Below are positions 53,161 through 61,397 of a stretch of DNA of 64,000 nucleotides, in pieces. The DNA comes from an uncultured Lentibacter sp. Its GTDB lineage: Bacteria > Pseudomonadota > Alphaproteobacteria > Rhodobacterales > Rhodobacteraceae. The stretch covers positions 1,833 to 65,832 of the forward strand of contig NZ_CAKZKL010000011.1 of assembly GCF_937123735.1 (NCBI RefSeq), written 5' to 3'. The notes beneath the pieces are model-generated. The model did no database searches and was not told the origin of the DNA. It saw only the letters and a list, made by a program, of their open reading frames with translations. Numbering within the stretch: the first letter of the stretch is position 1; each line of letters starts with the position of its first letter. A program made the position numbers and the translations under genes.

Positions 53161-53922
53161 TTAGGCCGCTTCGAGCTTGGCTTGCAGTTTGGGCGGCAGA
53201 TTTGCCGCCATTTGATCTTGAATGTTGCGTGGGCTCTCACTGCGCGCAATGCCGCGCAAGCCTTCGATCACCATCTCGCGATAGGTCACCTCGTAGGCGG
53301 TGTAGCCCTCCAGTTTGGTTTGCATGGGCATGAACAAAACATTCGCAATGAAGGCGCCATAAAGTGTTGTCAGCAAGGCCACGGCCATGGCCGGGCCAAT
53401 GGCCTTCGGATCGGCCATGTTGCCCAGCATCAAAACAAGCCCGACCAAGGTTCCGATCATGCCCATCGCGGGGGCAAGATCAATCCAGGCCTTGATACAG
53501 CCCTGGTTTTGCTCGTGGCGCACTTTCATGGCCTTGATTTCCTGTGTCAGCTGCTTGACGAGCTTGCCCTCGTCCGCCCCGTCCACCAGCATCTGAAGGC
53601 CTTTCTCAAAGAATTTGTCAGGCACGTCCTGACCTTCGAGCGCCATCATCCCGTCTTTGCGCGCAATCGTGGCCAGCTCGATCATGCGCTCAATCATCGT
53701 GTCCATCTTTTTGACAGGTGGCAAAAATGTCTTGGCCATGGCACCGAAGCTGCCCAGAAAAACCGGCAGCGGCGCCGTATACATGGCCGCAAAAAAGGTG
53801 CCGCCAAACACGATCAAGATGGACGGCACATCAATAAACGCACCCAGCCCCCCGCCAGACAGCATGGCCCCGATGATCATGCCGACAGCACCAATAAGCC
53901 CAATGAGTGATGCGAGATCCAT
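53161..53922 (-). CDS. motA: flagellar stator protein MotA (PomA-like)
   Basis: A 253-aa protein. MDLASLIGLIGAVGMIIGAMLSGGGLGAFIDVPSILIVFGG closely recalls the Vibrio PomA N-terminus. Confidence 0.95.
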   Translation of the reverse strand: MDLASLIGLIGAVGMIIGAMLSGGGLGAFIDVPSILIVFGGTFFAAMYTAPLPVFLGSFGAMAKTFLPPVKKMDTMIERMIELATIARKDGMMALEGQDVPDKFFEKGLQMLVDGADEGKLVKQLTQEIKAMKVRHEQNQGCIKAWIDLAPAMGMIGTLVGLVLMLGNMADPKAIGPAMAVALLTTLYGAFIANVLFMPMQTKLEGYTAYEVTYREMVIEGLRGIARSESPRNIQDQMAANLPPKLQAKLEAA

Positions 53923-53957
53923 TTTGAAACCTTTTCGTTATATTCGACACAAACCTG

Positions 53958-53972
53958 TCAAGTTTCGTGCCA
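53958..53972 (-). promoter_or_regulatory. sigma54-like promoter for motAB (imperfect -12)
   Basis: The minus strand reads TGGCACGAAACTTGA. The -24 element is perfect, but -12 has GA instead of GC. It lies about 36 nt upstream of the motA ATG. Confidence 0.45.
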
Positions 53973-54104
53973 ACCTTGGCAAAAAGGGCTGGCCGCTTGA
54001 GCATCTGATGAAAACAAATTTACTGCCTTCCAAACTCAAGAATTTGAGTTCTTGGTCCAAATCTTGCAAACTGGATGACAGGAAAAACCCGCGCGGAGAA
54101 AACA

Positions 54105-54584
54105 ATGGTGCGCTTTGCCTTCGTTATCATAGCCCTCATCGCCTGTCAGCCCGCCTCGGCCCAATACTACACGCGGGGTCATATTATTGACGACCTGCTT
54201 CAGGGGGTCAGCTGGTTGCGTTGCAGTGTCGGCCAAAGGTGGGAGGCAGAGAACGCCCGCTGCATCGGAGAAGCTGTCCGGCTCAACTACGATGAAATCG
54301 AACAGGCCATAGAACAAGCCAACGCACAGCTTGGCGGAACCTGGCGCCTGCCAACAGAAGAAGAGCTGAGCCAGCTTGTCTGCAAGACCTGCCCACCGCC
54401 CATGATTGATGCCGACCTTTTCCCGGACACCGCAGCTGAACCTTACTGGACTTCCGACAAGAACTGGATTGCGCCACGCAACCGTTGGAGCGTGAATTTC
54501 ATGACAGGCGAGAGCTATGGGCGTTTCTTCCCCGAACAACGGCTGGCTGTCCGGCTGGTCTCTGAGCGCGCGCCCCGGCCCTGA
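54105..54584 (+). CDS. secreted DUF1566 (Lcl C-terminal domain) protein
   Basis: Signal peptide MVRFAFVIIALIACQPASA. It carries WRLPTEEELSQLV and YWTSD motifs typical of DUF1566. RBS GGAGA. Confidence 0.6.
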   Translation: MVRFAFVIIALIACQPASAQYYTRGHIIDDLLQGVSWLRCSVGQRWEAENARCIGEAVRLNYDEIEQAIEQANAQLGGTWRLPTEEELSQLVCKTCPPPMIDADLFPDTAAEPYWTSDKNWIAPRNRWSVNFMTGESYGRFFPEQRLAVRLVSERAPRP

Positions 54585-54658
54585 AGATTGCCGCTTTCCT
54601 GACGTGACAATCTGTGCTGCACTGCACGACAGGAAAGCATCAACAAGAAGGCGCACCC

Positions 54659-55951
54659 ATGCAGCACCGGCAGGACAGTGTAGATGTGCTCGTCATCGGC
54701 GGGGGCACGGCTGGCTTTGGGGCCGCCCTCACGGCCGCCCGTGAGGGCCTGTCTGTGGTGCTGTTGGAAGCCAGCAGCAAAGTCGGGGGTGTTATGGCCT
54801 TCTGCCCGGGAATGCCCTGGGGCGGTGGTTACCCCGTCGACGAGATCATCGGTGGGGTGCTACAAGAGCTGACAGAGCGGCTCGCCAAGATGCAGCCCCC
54901 CGCCGCAGAAAAGCGCCCCTGCACGCTGGCCAATTTCGGCCCTGAAATTATTTATGACCATGATGTCGCCACGCTCACCATGTTTGAAATGCTGGAAGAG
55001 GCCGGCGTGCAGATCCGCTTGAACACGACCGCCATAACGCCTTGTATGCAGGACAACCGGATTGCGCGGGTGCAGTGCTATGACCGCCACGGCCCCTTGG
55101 ATGTGCTTGCGGGCATTGTGATAGATTGTTCCGGCGATGGCGATATTTCGGCCAAGGCGGGTGTGCCTTTCAGCCTGGGCGACGCCGCGGGAAATATGAT
55201 GGCTGTGACCATCTCCTTTCACATGATGAACGTGGATTGGGCCCGTGCCTTTGCCACAGATGACCCATATTTTGAAGCCTATGCCCGTCGGGGTGTGGCG
55301 CAGGGGCGGCTGCACCCGGACCTCGCCAAACTCTACCTGATGAAGGGGCTTTATGACGGGGATGTCTTTTGCAACTCCGTCCATGTGCGCGGTGTGGACG
55401 GCACCGACCCGGCCGCCGTGGCCAAAGCCACCCAGGAGGGGCGGCGGCGATGCTATCAGCTCGCCCAGTTCCTGCGCTCTGATGTGCCCGGCTTTGATCA
55501 TGCCTATATGGCCATGCTCTCTCCCAATGTGGGCGTGCGCGAAACCCGCAAACTCGAAGGGCTCTACCGCATCACCGGACAAGACCTTGCAAACGCAACA
55601 AAATTTCCAGATGGAATAGTCGCCTGTGACAATCCGGTGGATGATGTGATGCGCGCCAAGGGCGGCATGAGCCACGAAGCGGCTCTCGCCCCTGGCCAGT
55701 ATTACACGATCCCGTTTCGTGCGCTGCTGCCTGCAAAGATAGAGAACCTCATGTTTGCCGGCAGGCTGGTTTCGGCCGACCCTGTGGCCTTTGCTTCGGT
55801 GCGCGGAATGCCGCAATGCATGGCGATGGGACAGGCCACCGGCGTGGCGGCGGCTCTGGCTTTGGGCACGCGCGCGGCGGTGCAGGAAGTGCCAACGGCG
55901 CAGCTGATCAGCCGCCTCACCGCCTTGGGGCTGAACCGGATTGGGGCGTAG
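54659..55951 (+). CDS. FAD-dependent oxidoreductase
   Basis: Dinucleotide-binding motif VDVLVIGGGTAGFGAALTAAREG. The start is set at MQHRQDS. Confidence 0.8.
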   Translation: MQHRQDSVDVLVIGGGTAGFGAALTAAREGLSVVLLEASSKVGGVMAFCPGMPWGGGYPVDEIIGGVLQELTERLAKMQPPAAEKRPCTLANFGPEIIYDHDVATLTMFEMLEEAGVQIRLNTTAITPCMQDNRIARVQCYDRHGPLDVLAGIVIDCSGDGDISAKAGVPFSLGDAAGNMMAVTISFHMMNVDWARAFATDDPYFEAYARRGVAQGRLHPDLAKLYLMKGLYDGDVFCNSVHVRGVDGTDPAAVAKATQEGRRRCYQLAQFLRSDVPGFDHAYMAMLSPNVGVRETRKLEGLYRITGQDLANATKFPDGIVACDNPVDDVMRAKGGMSHEAALAPGQYYTIPFRALLPAKIENLMFAGRLVSADPVAFASVRGMPQCMAMGQATGVAAALALGTRAAVQEVPTAQLISRLTALGLNRIGA

Positions 55952-56046
55952 GCCGCCTGACGGCGGACCGCAAGCGCCGCCGCTGCGGACGGCTTTGCCC
56001 TTGGACGCGCCGTGCGATTGGCGCTATAGTCGGGCGGGTAACGAGT

Positions 56047-57063
56047 ATGAGCACCCCAATGGCCCCAGAGCAAGCCTCTTCCGAGAATTTCAACATTTGT
56101 GTGATCGGCCAAGCGGGGCGGCTTCAGTATGAAGCCCTGCTCTTCGTGGCCTCGTTGCGCCACTTCAGCCCCGGCTTTCGGGGCCGGGTGTTTGTGGCCG
56201 AGCCCCAGCCGGGGCCGCTTTGGCCACGCGATCCGCGCATCAATGACGGCGAAGTGCTGGCCGCTTTGCAAGCCCTTGAGGCCGAGATCCTGCCGTTTGA
56301 GAGCGCCGCTTTTGGCGCGGCCTACCCCTACGGCAACAAGATCGAAGCGCTGACGGCCCTTCCCAAGGGCCAAGCCTTTGTTTTCTTTGATACAGACACG
56401 TTAATCTTGGGAGATTTGGCCGCTGTTCCCTTTGATTTCACGCGCCCCAGCGCCTCGCTTAAGCGCGAGGGAACATGGCCAAAACCTGAGCTCTATGGCC
56501 CCGGCTATGGCCAGATCTGGCGCTCGCTTTATGACAAGTTCGGGCTCGATTACGACAGCTCCCTGGACCTGTCACAGCCCGATGAATATTGGCAGCGGTA
56601 TCTCTATTTCAACGCTGGTTTTTTCTATTTTCACTGCCCCCATGAATTTGGCGAGAAGTTTCTTTCCTATGCGCTGGCCATTCGCGATGATCCCCCCGCA
56701 GAGCTGGTTTGCCAGAGCCTTGACCCTTGGCTTGATCAGGTGGCCCTGCCCTTGGTGATCCATGCACTCGGGGGCGCGCGCGACAGCCTGCCAGAGGGCT
56801 ATCTTGATGGCGCGGTTTCCTGCCACTACCGTCTGTTTCCGCTGCTATATGCGCGCGAAAGCGACACTGTGGTTGAGGCGCTTGAAACTGTCTGTGCCCC
56901 CAACCGGATCAAGAAAGCGCTCAAGGCCCATGAGCCCATCAAGCGCATGGTGTATCAGGGGCGCGGCGCAAAGCTGCGAGCGCTTTTTGACCGGGACAAT
57001 TTGCCCCGCAAAGAGCAAGCCATTCGCAACCGGATCAAGCGCGAGGGCTTCTGGATACGGTGA
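56047..57063 (+). CDS. hypothetical protein with GT8-like glycosyltransferase features
   Basis: FVFFDTDTLILGDL (DxD-like) and YFNAGFFYF resemble family-8 glycosyltransferases. The start is set at MSTPMAPEQ. The long N-terminal extension in the track looks spurious. Confidence 0.4.
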   Translation: MSTPMAPEQASSENFNICVIGQAGRLQYEALLFVASLRHFSPGFRGRVFVAEPQPGPLWPRDPRINDGEVLAALQALEAEILPFESAAFGAAYPYGNKIEALTALPKGQAFVFFDTDTLILGDLAAVPFDFTRPSASLKREGTWPKPELYGPGYGQIWRSLYDKFGLDYDSSLDLSQPDEYWQRYLYFNAGFFYFHCPHEFGEKFLSYALAIRDDPPAELVCQSLDPWLDQVALPLVIHALGGARDSLPEGYLDGAVSCHYRLFPLLYARESDTVVEALETVCAPNRIKKALKAHEPIKRMVYQGRGAKLRALFDRDNLPRKEQAIRNRIKREGFWIR

Positions 57064-57310
57064 AAACGCGCTTGGCGCCCGTTTTGCGGTCTGAGGGCAG
57101 TTTAGCCTGAAAGAGCTTAACAGGGCTGGCACGCAGCGTGCGCTGCAAATTTCTGTCCGAATCGTTGGCACAATAGAAACGGATTTCCCGGTAACCCGCC
57201 GAAGACGAAACCAGTATCCTTATTGGCTGCGCACAGTTGCTCCCACGCGCCGATCCCCCTAAGGTCTCGCTCGATCCACATTCGCACCGCAGCACCAATG
57301 GGAGGCCAAA

Positions 57311-58591
57311 ATGGCTTACGGCTTTGACACACTTCAAATTCATGCAGGCGCAGCACCTGATCCGGCAACGGGCGCGCGCCAGACGCCCATCTATCAGACA
57401 ACCGCTTATGTCTTTCGCGACGCCGACCACGCGGCAGCCCTGTTCAACCTTCAGGAAGTTGGCTTTATCTATTCGCGTTTGACCAACCCCACCGTCGCTG
57501 TGCTTGCAGAACGGATTGCCACGCTTGAGGGCGGCCAGGGCGCTGTTTGCTGTTCCTCCGGCCATGCGGCACAGATCATGGCTCTGTTCCCGCTGATGGC
57601 ACCGGGGCGCAATGTTGTGGCCTCCTCGCGCCTTTATGGCGGCACCATCACCCAGTTCAGCCAGACCATCAAACGCTTCGGCTGGAGCGCGAAATTTGTT
57701 GATTTTGACGATCTGGAGGCCGTGAAAGCCGCCATTGACGAGGACACCCGCGCGGTCTTTTGCGAGAGCATTGCAAACCCGGGAGGGTATATCACCGATC
57801 TGGACGCCATTGCGGCGATTTCAGATGAAGCCGGCTTGCCGCTGATTGTCGACAACACCTCCGCAACGCCCTACCTGTGCAACCCAATCGCCCATGGCGC
57901 GACGCTGGTTGTGCATTCAACCACCAAATATCTGACAGGCAACGGAACCGTCACTGGCGGCTGTGTTGTGGATTCAGGCAAGTTTGACTGGTCCGCCTCA
58001 GACAAATTCCCCTCTCTGTCAGAGCCCGAACCTGCCTATCACGGTCTCAAGTTTCATGAAACCTTTGGCGCCTTGGCCTATACCTTCCATGGCATTGCCA
58101 TCGGGTTGCGCGACCTTGGCATGACCATGAACCCGCAGGCGGCGCATTACACGCTCATGGGGATCGAAACTCTGAGCCTGCGGATGCAGCGCCATGTTCA
58201 GAATGCCGAGCAAGTTGCAGCCTGGCTTGAGGGCCATGATGCGGTCGATTATGTGACCTACGCCGGTTTGGCCTCTTCGCCCTATAACGGGCGTGTTGCC
58301 AAGATCTGCCCCAAGGGCGCGGGCGGGCTGTTCACGGTTGCCCTCAAGGGTGGCTATGAAGCCTGCCTGAAATTTGTCGACAGTCTGGAAATTTTCAGCC
58401 ATGTGGCCAACCTCGGAGACACTCGCAGCCTGGTGATCCATTCGGCCTCCACCACGCACCGCCAGCTCACGCCCGAGCAGCAGGAGGCTGCGGGCGCTGG
58501 CCCCAGTGTTGTGCGCATCTCAATCGGGATTGAAGACCCGACAGACCTGATCGCCGATCTCGCGCAGGCTCTGGACAAGGCCAGCGCATAA
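57311..58591 (+). CDS. metY: O-acetylhomoserine sulfhydrylase (PLP-dependent)
   Basis: FDTLQIHAGAAPDPATGARQTPIYQTTAYVF and STTKYLTGNG (PLP lysine region) are typical of the MetY/MetZ family. Confidence 0.92.
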   Translation: MAYGFDTLQIHAGAAPDPATGARQTPIYQTTAYVFRDADHAAALFNLQEVGFIYSRLTNPTVAVLAERIATLEGGQGAVCCSSGHAAQIMALFPLMAPGRNVVASSRLYGGTITQFSQTIKRFGWSAKFVDFDDLEAVKAAIDEDTRAVFCESIANPGGYITDLDAIAAISDEAGLPLIVDNTSATPYLCNPIAHGATLVVHSTTKYLTGNGTVTGGCVVDSGKFDWSASDKFPSLSEPEPAYHGLKFHETFGALAYTFHGIAIGLRDLGMTMNPQAAHYTLMGIETLSLRMQRHVQNAEQVAAWLEGHDAVDYVTYAGLASSPYNGRVAKICPKGAGGLFTVALKGGYEACLKFVDSLEIFSHVANLGDTRSLVIHSASTTHRQLTPEQQEAAGAGPSVVRISIGIEDPTDLIADLAQALDKASA

Positions 58592-58732
58592 ACCGCTGAG
58601 GGCCGCAGGGTAAGAGCATTCCTGCCAAAAGCCGCCCAGCCTTGCGCCGGGCGGCATCTGCTATGTTTCATTTGCGAAGCAGGTGTTATAACAGGGGCTG
58701 AAGAGTGTTGTGACCGGCTTTGAGGCGCCTGT

Positions 58733-60715
58733 ATGAAACCAGATTTTGCGCTGAGTTTATCTTTTGAAGGCATTGGCCTTTTGCATCGTTCAGCCGAGGG
58801 TTGGACGCGGATAAAAGAAGTGCCTCTGGACACCCCAGACCTGAGTGCGGCGCTTGCAACGCTCCGGGCCGAAGCCGAGGCGCTTGGGGCGGCTCCGCTC
58901 ACAGCCAAGCTCTTGCTCCCAGAAGAGCAAATCAAATATCTGCACCTGACGGCTCCTGCGGACACATCCCAAGACGCGGCCGTGCGCGCCGCTCTTGAGG
59001 GAGCGACCCCTTACCCGCTGGACGAACTCGCCTATGATTTTGCGCAAAGCGAAACCGGCCTCAGCGTTGCGGCTGTGGCGCAGGAAACGCTGCACGAGGC
59101 CGAGGCATTTGCACGCGAAAACGGGTTTGAGCCAGTCTTCTTTGCGGCCACGCCAAACGCGCAGACCTATCCCGGCGAGCCTTTTTTCGGTTATTGCGAA
59201 GGCCACGGGCCTGCGCCCGAAAGCGCCGATGATAGCCCGGATGCGCAGTCCGAGAGCACCCCCCTCCCCCCAGAGCCGCAGGCCGCCCCGAAAGAGCTGC
59301 GCGCAGCAGAAGCGGTTGCCTTTTCAAGCCGCCGCAGCGTGCCAGCAGAAGACCTGCCCTCAGTGGCGGTGCCACCAGCGCCCCGCGCAGCGCCTGCGCC
59401 AGCCTTAAAAACAGGCGCGCAGGCGCCACAGGCGCGCCTCACTCAAACCGGCAAGCCGCGTCACTTGGGGCTTGTTCTCACGGCCATCTTGCTGCTGTTC
59501 TTGCTCGGCATTGCGGCATGGGCCTCGGTCTTTGCAGGCGAAGGGCTTTCGCGGCTCTTTGGCCGCGAGCGCGCCCCCGTGCAAACCGCGCTATCAGAGC
59601 CTGATGTCACCGACATCGAGGGAGAGGAGGCCATGCTGGCGCAACCACCGCAGCTGGCAGAACCACCCACGGACACCCCCGCGTCGCCACAGCTCGCCGC
59701 GCCTCTCAGCCCGCGAGAAGCGCAGGAAAAATACGCTGTGACAGGTATTTGGGTGCTGCCGCCCGACGCGCTGCCCCCCCCGGCGCTGCGCGGGGAAGAT
59801 GAGCTCTACATCGCCTCGATTGACAGTGGCATCCGCGCGCAGGATGCGATTGCCTTGCCGCCCTTGGCGCTTGAAAGCCTTGATCAAACACCGGGCCGCC
59901 AGACCGACCCCGCGCCACGGGGACAAAGCTTTGTGCTCGATGAGAACGGACTGGTTATTGCCACGCCAGAGGGGGCGCTGTCACCAGATGGGCATCTGGT
60001 TTTTGCGGGTCAACCTCCTAATTTTCCTAAAGAAATTCCCGCGCGTCTAGAGGGGCCGGCGGCTGTGGAGCCGGCGGTGGCCCAGCTGCGGCCGCAGGTG
60101 CGCCCTGAGGGCCTCGCGCTGGCCAATGAGCGGGCCGTTCTTGGCGGGATGAGCCGCGAGGAGCTGGCGGCGATTCGCCCAAGACCCCGCCCCGCAAATC
60201 TGCCCCAGCAGAGCGCCGCTTTGGCGGTCAGCGAAACGCTCAGCACGGCCATTGAAGACGCGGTGGCCGCCGCCGTTCCGCAAAGCCCGCCCACCGACAC
60301 CGATCTGGACCCCAACGCCACAGCCCAGGCTGTGGCCCGCTCTGTCAAACCCAAAGACCGGCCCAAGAACTTTGAAACCATCATCCAGAAAGCCGAGAAA
60401 GATGAGGAAAGTGAGGGGCTTACAGAGGTTGCGGCGGTTGCCCCCCGCACGGTGTCTCCGGCCATTCCCTCGCGGGCCTCGGTGGCCAAACAGGCCACGG
60501 AGCGCAATGCCATCAACCTCAGGCGGGTCAATTTGATCGGGGTCTATGGCAAGCCCTCCAGCCGCCGCGCGCTCGTGCGGCTCTCCAACGGGCGCTACAA
60601 GAAAGTGGCAGTCGGGGACCGTATTGATGGCGGGCGGGTCTCCGCGATTGGCGACACGGAACTGCGCTATCAAAAGAACGGTCGCGACGTGACCTTGAAA
60701 ATGCCTCGGGGCTGA
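58733..60715 (+). CDS. Pro/Ala-rich protein with one central TM helix and a small conserved C-terminal domain, 660 aa
   Basis: TM helix LGLVLTAILLLFLLGIAAWASVF. The C-terminus is INLRRVNLIGVYGKPSSRRALVRLSNGRYKKVAVGDRIDGGRVSAIGDTELRY. No function can be assigned. Confidence 0.5.
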   Translation: MKPDFALSLSFEGIGLLHRSAEGWTRIKEVPLDTPDLSAALATLRAEAEALGAAPLTAKLLLPEEQIKYLHLTAPADTSQDAAVRAALEGATPYPLDELAYDFAQSETGLSVAAVAQETLHEAEAFARENGFEPVFFAATPNAQTYPGEPFFGYCEGHGPAPESADDSPDAQSESTPLPPEPQAAPKELRAAEAVAFSSRRSVPAEDLPSVAVPPAPRAAPAPALKTGAQAPQARLTQTGKPRHLGLVLTAILLLFLLGIAAWASVFAGEGLSRLFGRERAPVQTALSEPDVTDIEGEEAMLAQPPQLAEPPTDTPASPQLAAPLSPREAQEKYAVTGIWVLPPDALPPPALRGEDELYIASIDSGIRAQDAIALPPLALESLDQTPGRQTDPAPRGQSFVLDENGLVIATPEGALSPDGHLVFAGQPPNFPKEIPARLEGPAAVEPAVAQLRPQVRPEGLALANERAVLGGMSREELAAIRPRPRPANLPQQSAALAVSETLSTAIEDAVAAAVPQSPPTDTDLDPNATAQAVARSVKPKDRPKNFETIIQKAEKDEESEGLTEVAAVAPRTVSPAIPSRASVAKQATERNAINLRRVNLIGVYGKPSSRRALVRLSNGRYKKVAVGDRIDGGRVSAIGDTELRYQKNGRDVTLKMPRG

Positions 60716-60789
60716 CCTTAAAATCTGCTTAAGGCTGCGTGCTGCGCCGTTAACTCTCTGACAGAGGCCAAATCCTGGGGGGTGACATG

Positions 60790-60818
60790 CGTGCACACCC
60801 CGTGCACCGGGCGTGCAC
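60790..60818 (+). repeat. three direct CGTGCAC heptamers at exact 11-bp phasing
   Basis: CGTGCAC occurs at 60790, 60801 and 60812, in the spacer upstream of the Lrp/AsnC gene. Confidence 0.6.
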
Positions 60819-60941
60819 CGCCCGTCTGCGACCCCTGTTAAGACTTTATTGATTAATCCAGCGCGCGCAGAAGGCCCGTCAAGGCCCGAACAAGCGGCCT
60901 GGCTTCTCGTAATGTTTACCCAAAGCGCGTAAAAGAGTGTC

Positions 60942-61397
60942 ATGAGAGATAGGATTGATTCCACATTGCTGGCGGCCTTGCAGGAGAATGCCCAAGTCAC
61001 CGCGCAGGAGCTTGCCGAGCGCTTGGGGCTGTCGCCCAGCCAGGCGGCGCGCCGCCGCTTGCGGCTGGAAGCCAGCGGGGTGATCCGCGGCTATCGCGCC
61101 GAGCTGGACGCCGAGGCGCTTGGGCTCGGTGTGCAGGCCTTTGTTCAGGTTCAGCTGCGCAACCATGACAGCGTCCAATCAAAAAGTTTTGGCAAGCTCA
61201 TCAAGGCCCAACCGGAGATTGTCTCGGCCTGGTCCATGACGGGCGATGCTGATCTGCTTTTGCGGGTCTATTGTCAGGATCTGGCCTCGCTAAACCATCT
61301 GATCCATGCCATTCTGCTGGCTCATGGGTCTGTGAGCCGTGTGCACAGCCAGATTGTCATGAACCAACTGAAACAAGACGCAGCTTTGCCCGCCTGA
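60942..61397 (+). CDS. Lrp/AsnC-family transcriptional regulator
   Basis: N-terminal HTH (DRIDSTLLAALQENAQVTAQELAERLGLSPSQAARRRLRLEASGVI) and a C-terminal RAM-like domain. Confidence 0.9.
   Translation: MRDRIDSTLLAALQENAQVTAQELAERLGLSPSQAARRRLRLEASGVIRGYRAELDAEALGLGVQAFVQVQLRNHDSVQSKSFGKLIKAQPEIVSAWSMTGDADLLLRVYCQDLASLNHLIHAILLAHGSVSRVHSQIVMNQLKQDAALPA

Noticed and set aside
53958-53990. Possible sigma28 motif (CGAA-N15-GTCGAATA on the minus strand) overlapping the motA sigma54-like promoter.
   Set aside because: The -35 box matches only 2 of 4 positions. The -10 differs from both the canonical GCCGATAA and the local GWCGTT core. The evidence is too weak to report as a feature.
57127-57141. 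Sigma54-like match TGGCACGCAGCGTGC upstream of metY.
   Set aside because: GG-N10-GC spacing is satisfied, but the -12 region is GTGC. The site is about 170 nt from the metY ATG, outside the flagellar regulon. It coincides with a simple GCACGC/GCGTGC palindrome, so it is most likely a chance match.
60718-60732. Perfect TTAA-N7-TTAA (CtrA consensus half-sites) just after the stop of the 660-aa gene.
   Set aside because: It is a single occurrence, and roughly one is expected by chance in a window of this size. It also forms part of a CCTTAA...TTAAGG inverted repeat at a gene end, so a structural explanation is equally likely. It is not placed in front of an obvious CtrA-type target.
54860-61000. 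Very long antisense or overlapping ORFs in the GC-rich right flank. Examples: 54860-55816 (-) 318 aa, 55702-56373 (-) 223 aa, 58354-58965 (-) 203 aa, 60047-61000 (-) 317 aa, 57035-57565 (-) 176 aa.
   Set aside because: High-GC DNA produces long stop-free frames. These translations are Arg/Gly/Ala/Pro-rich nonsense. They overlap genes with strong signatures (FAD oxidoreductase, MetY, the Pro-rich protein).
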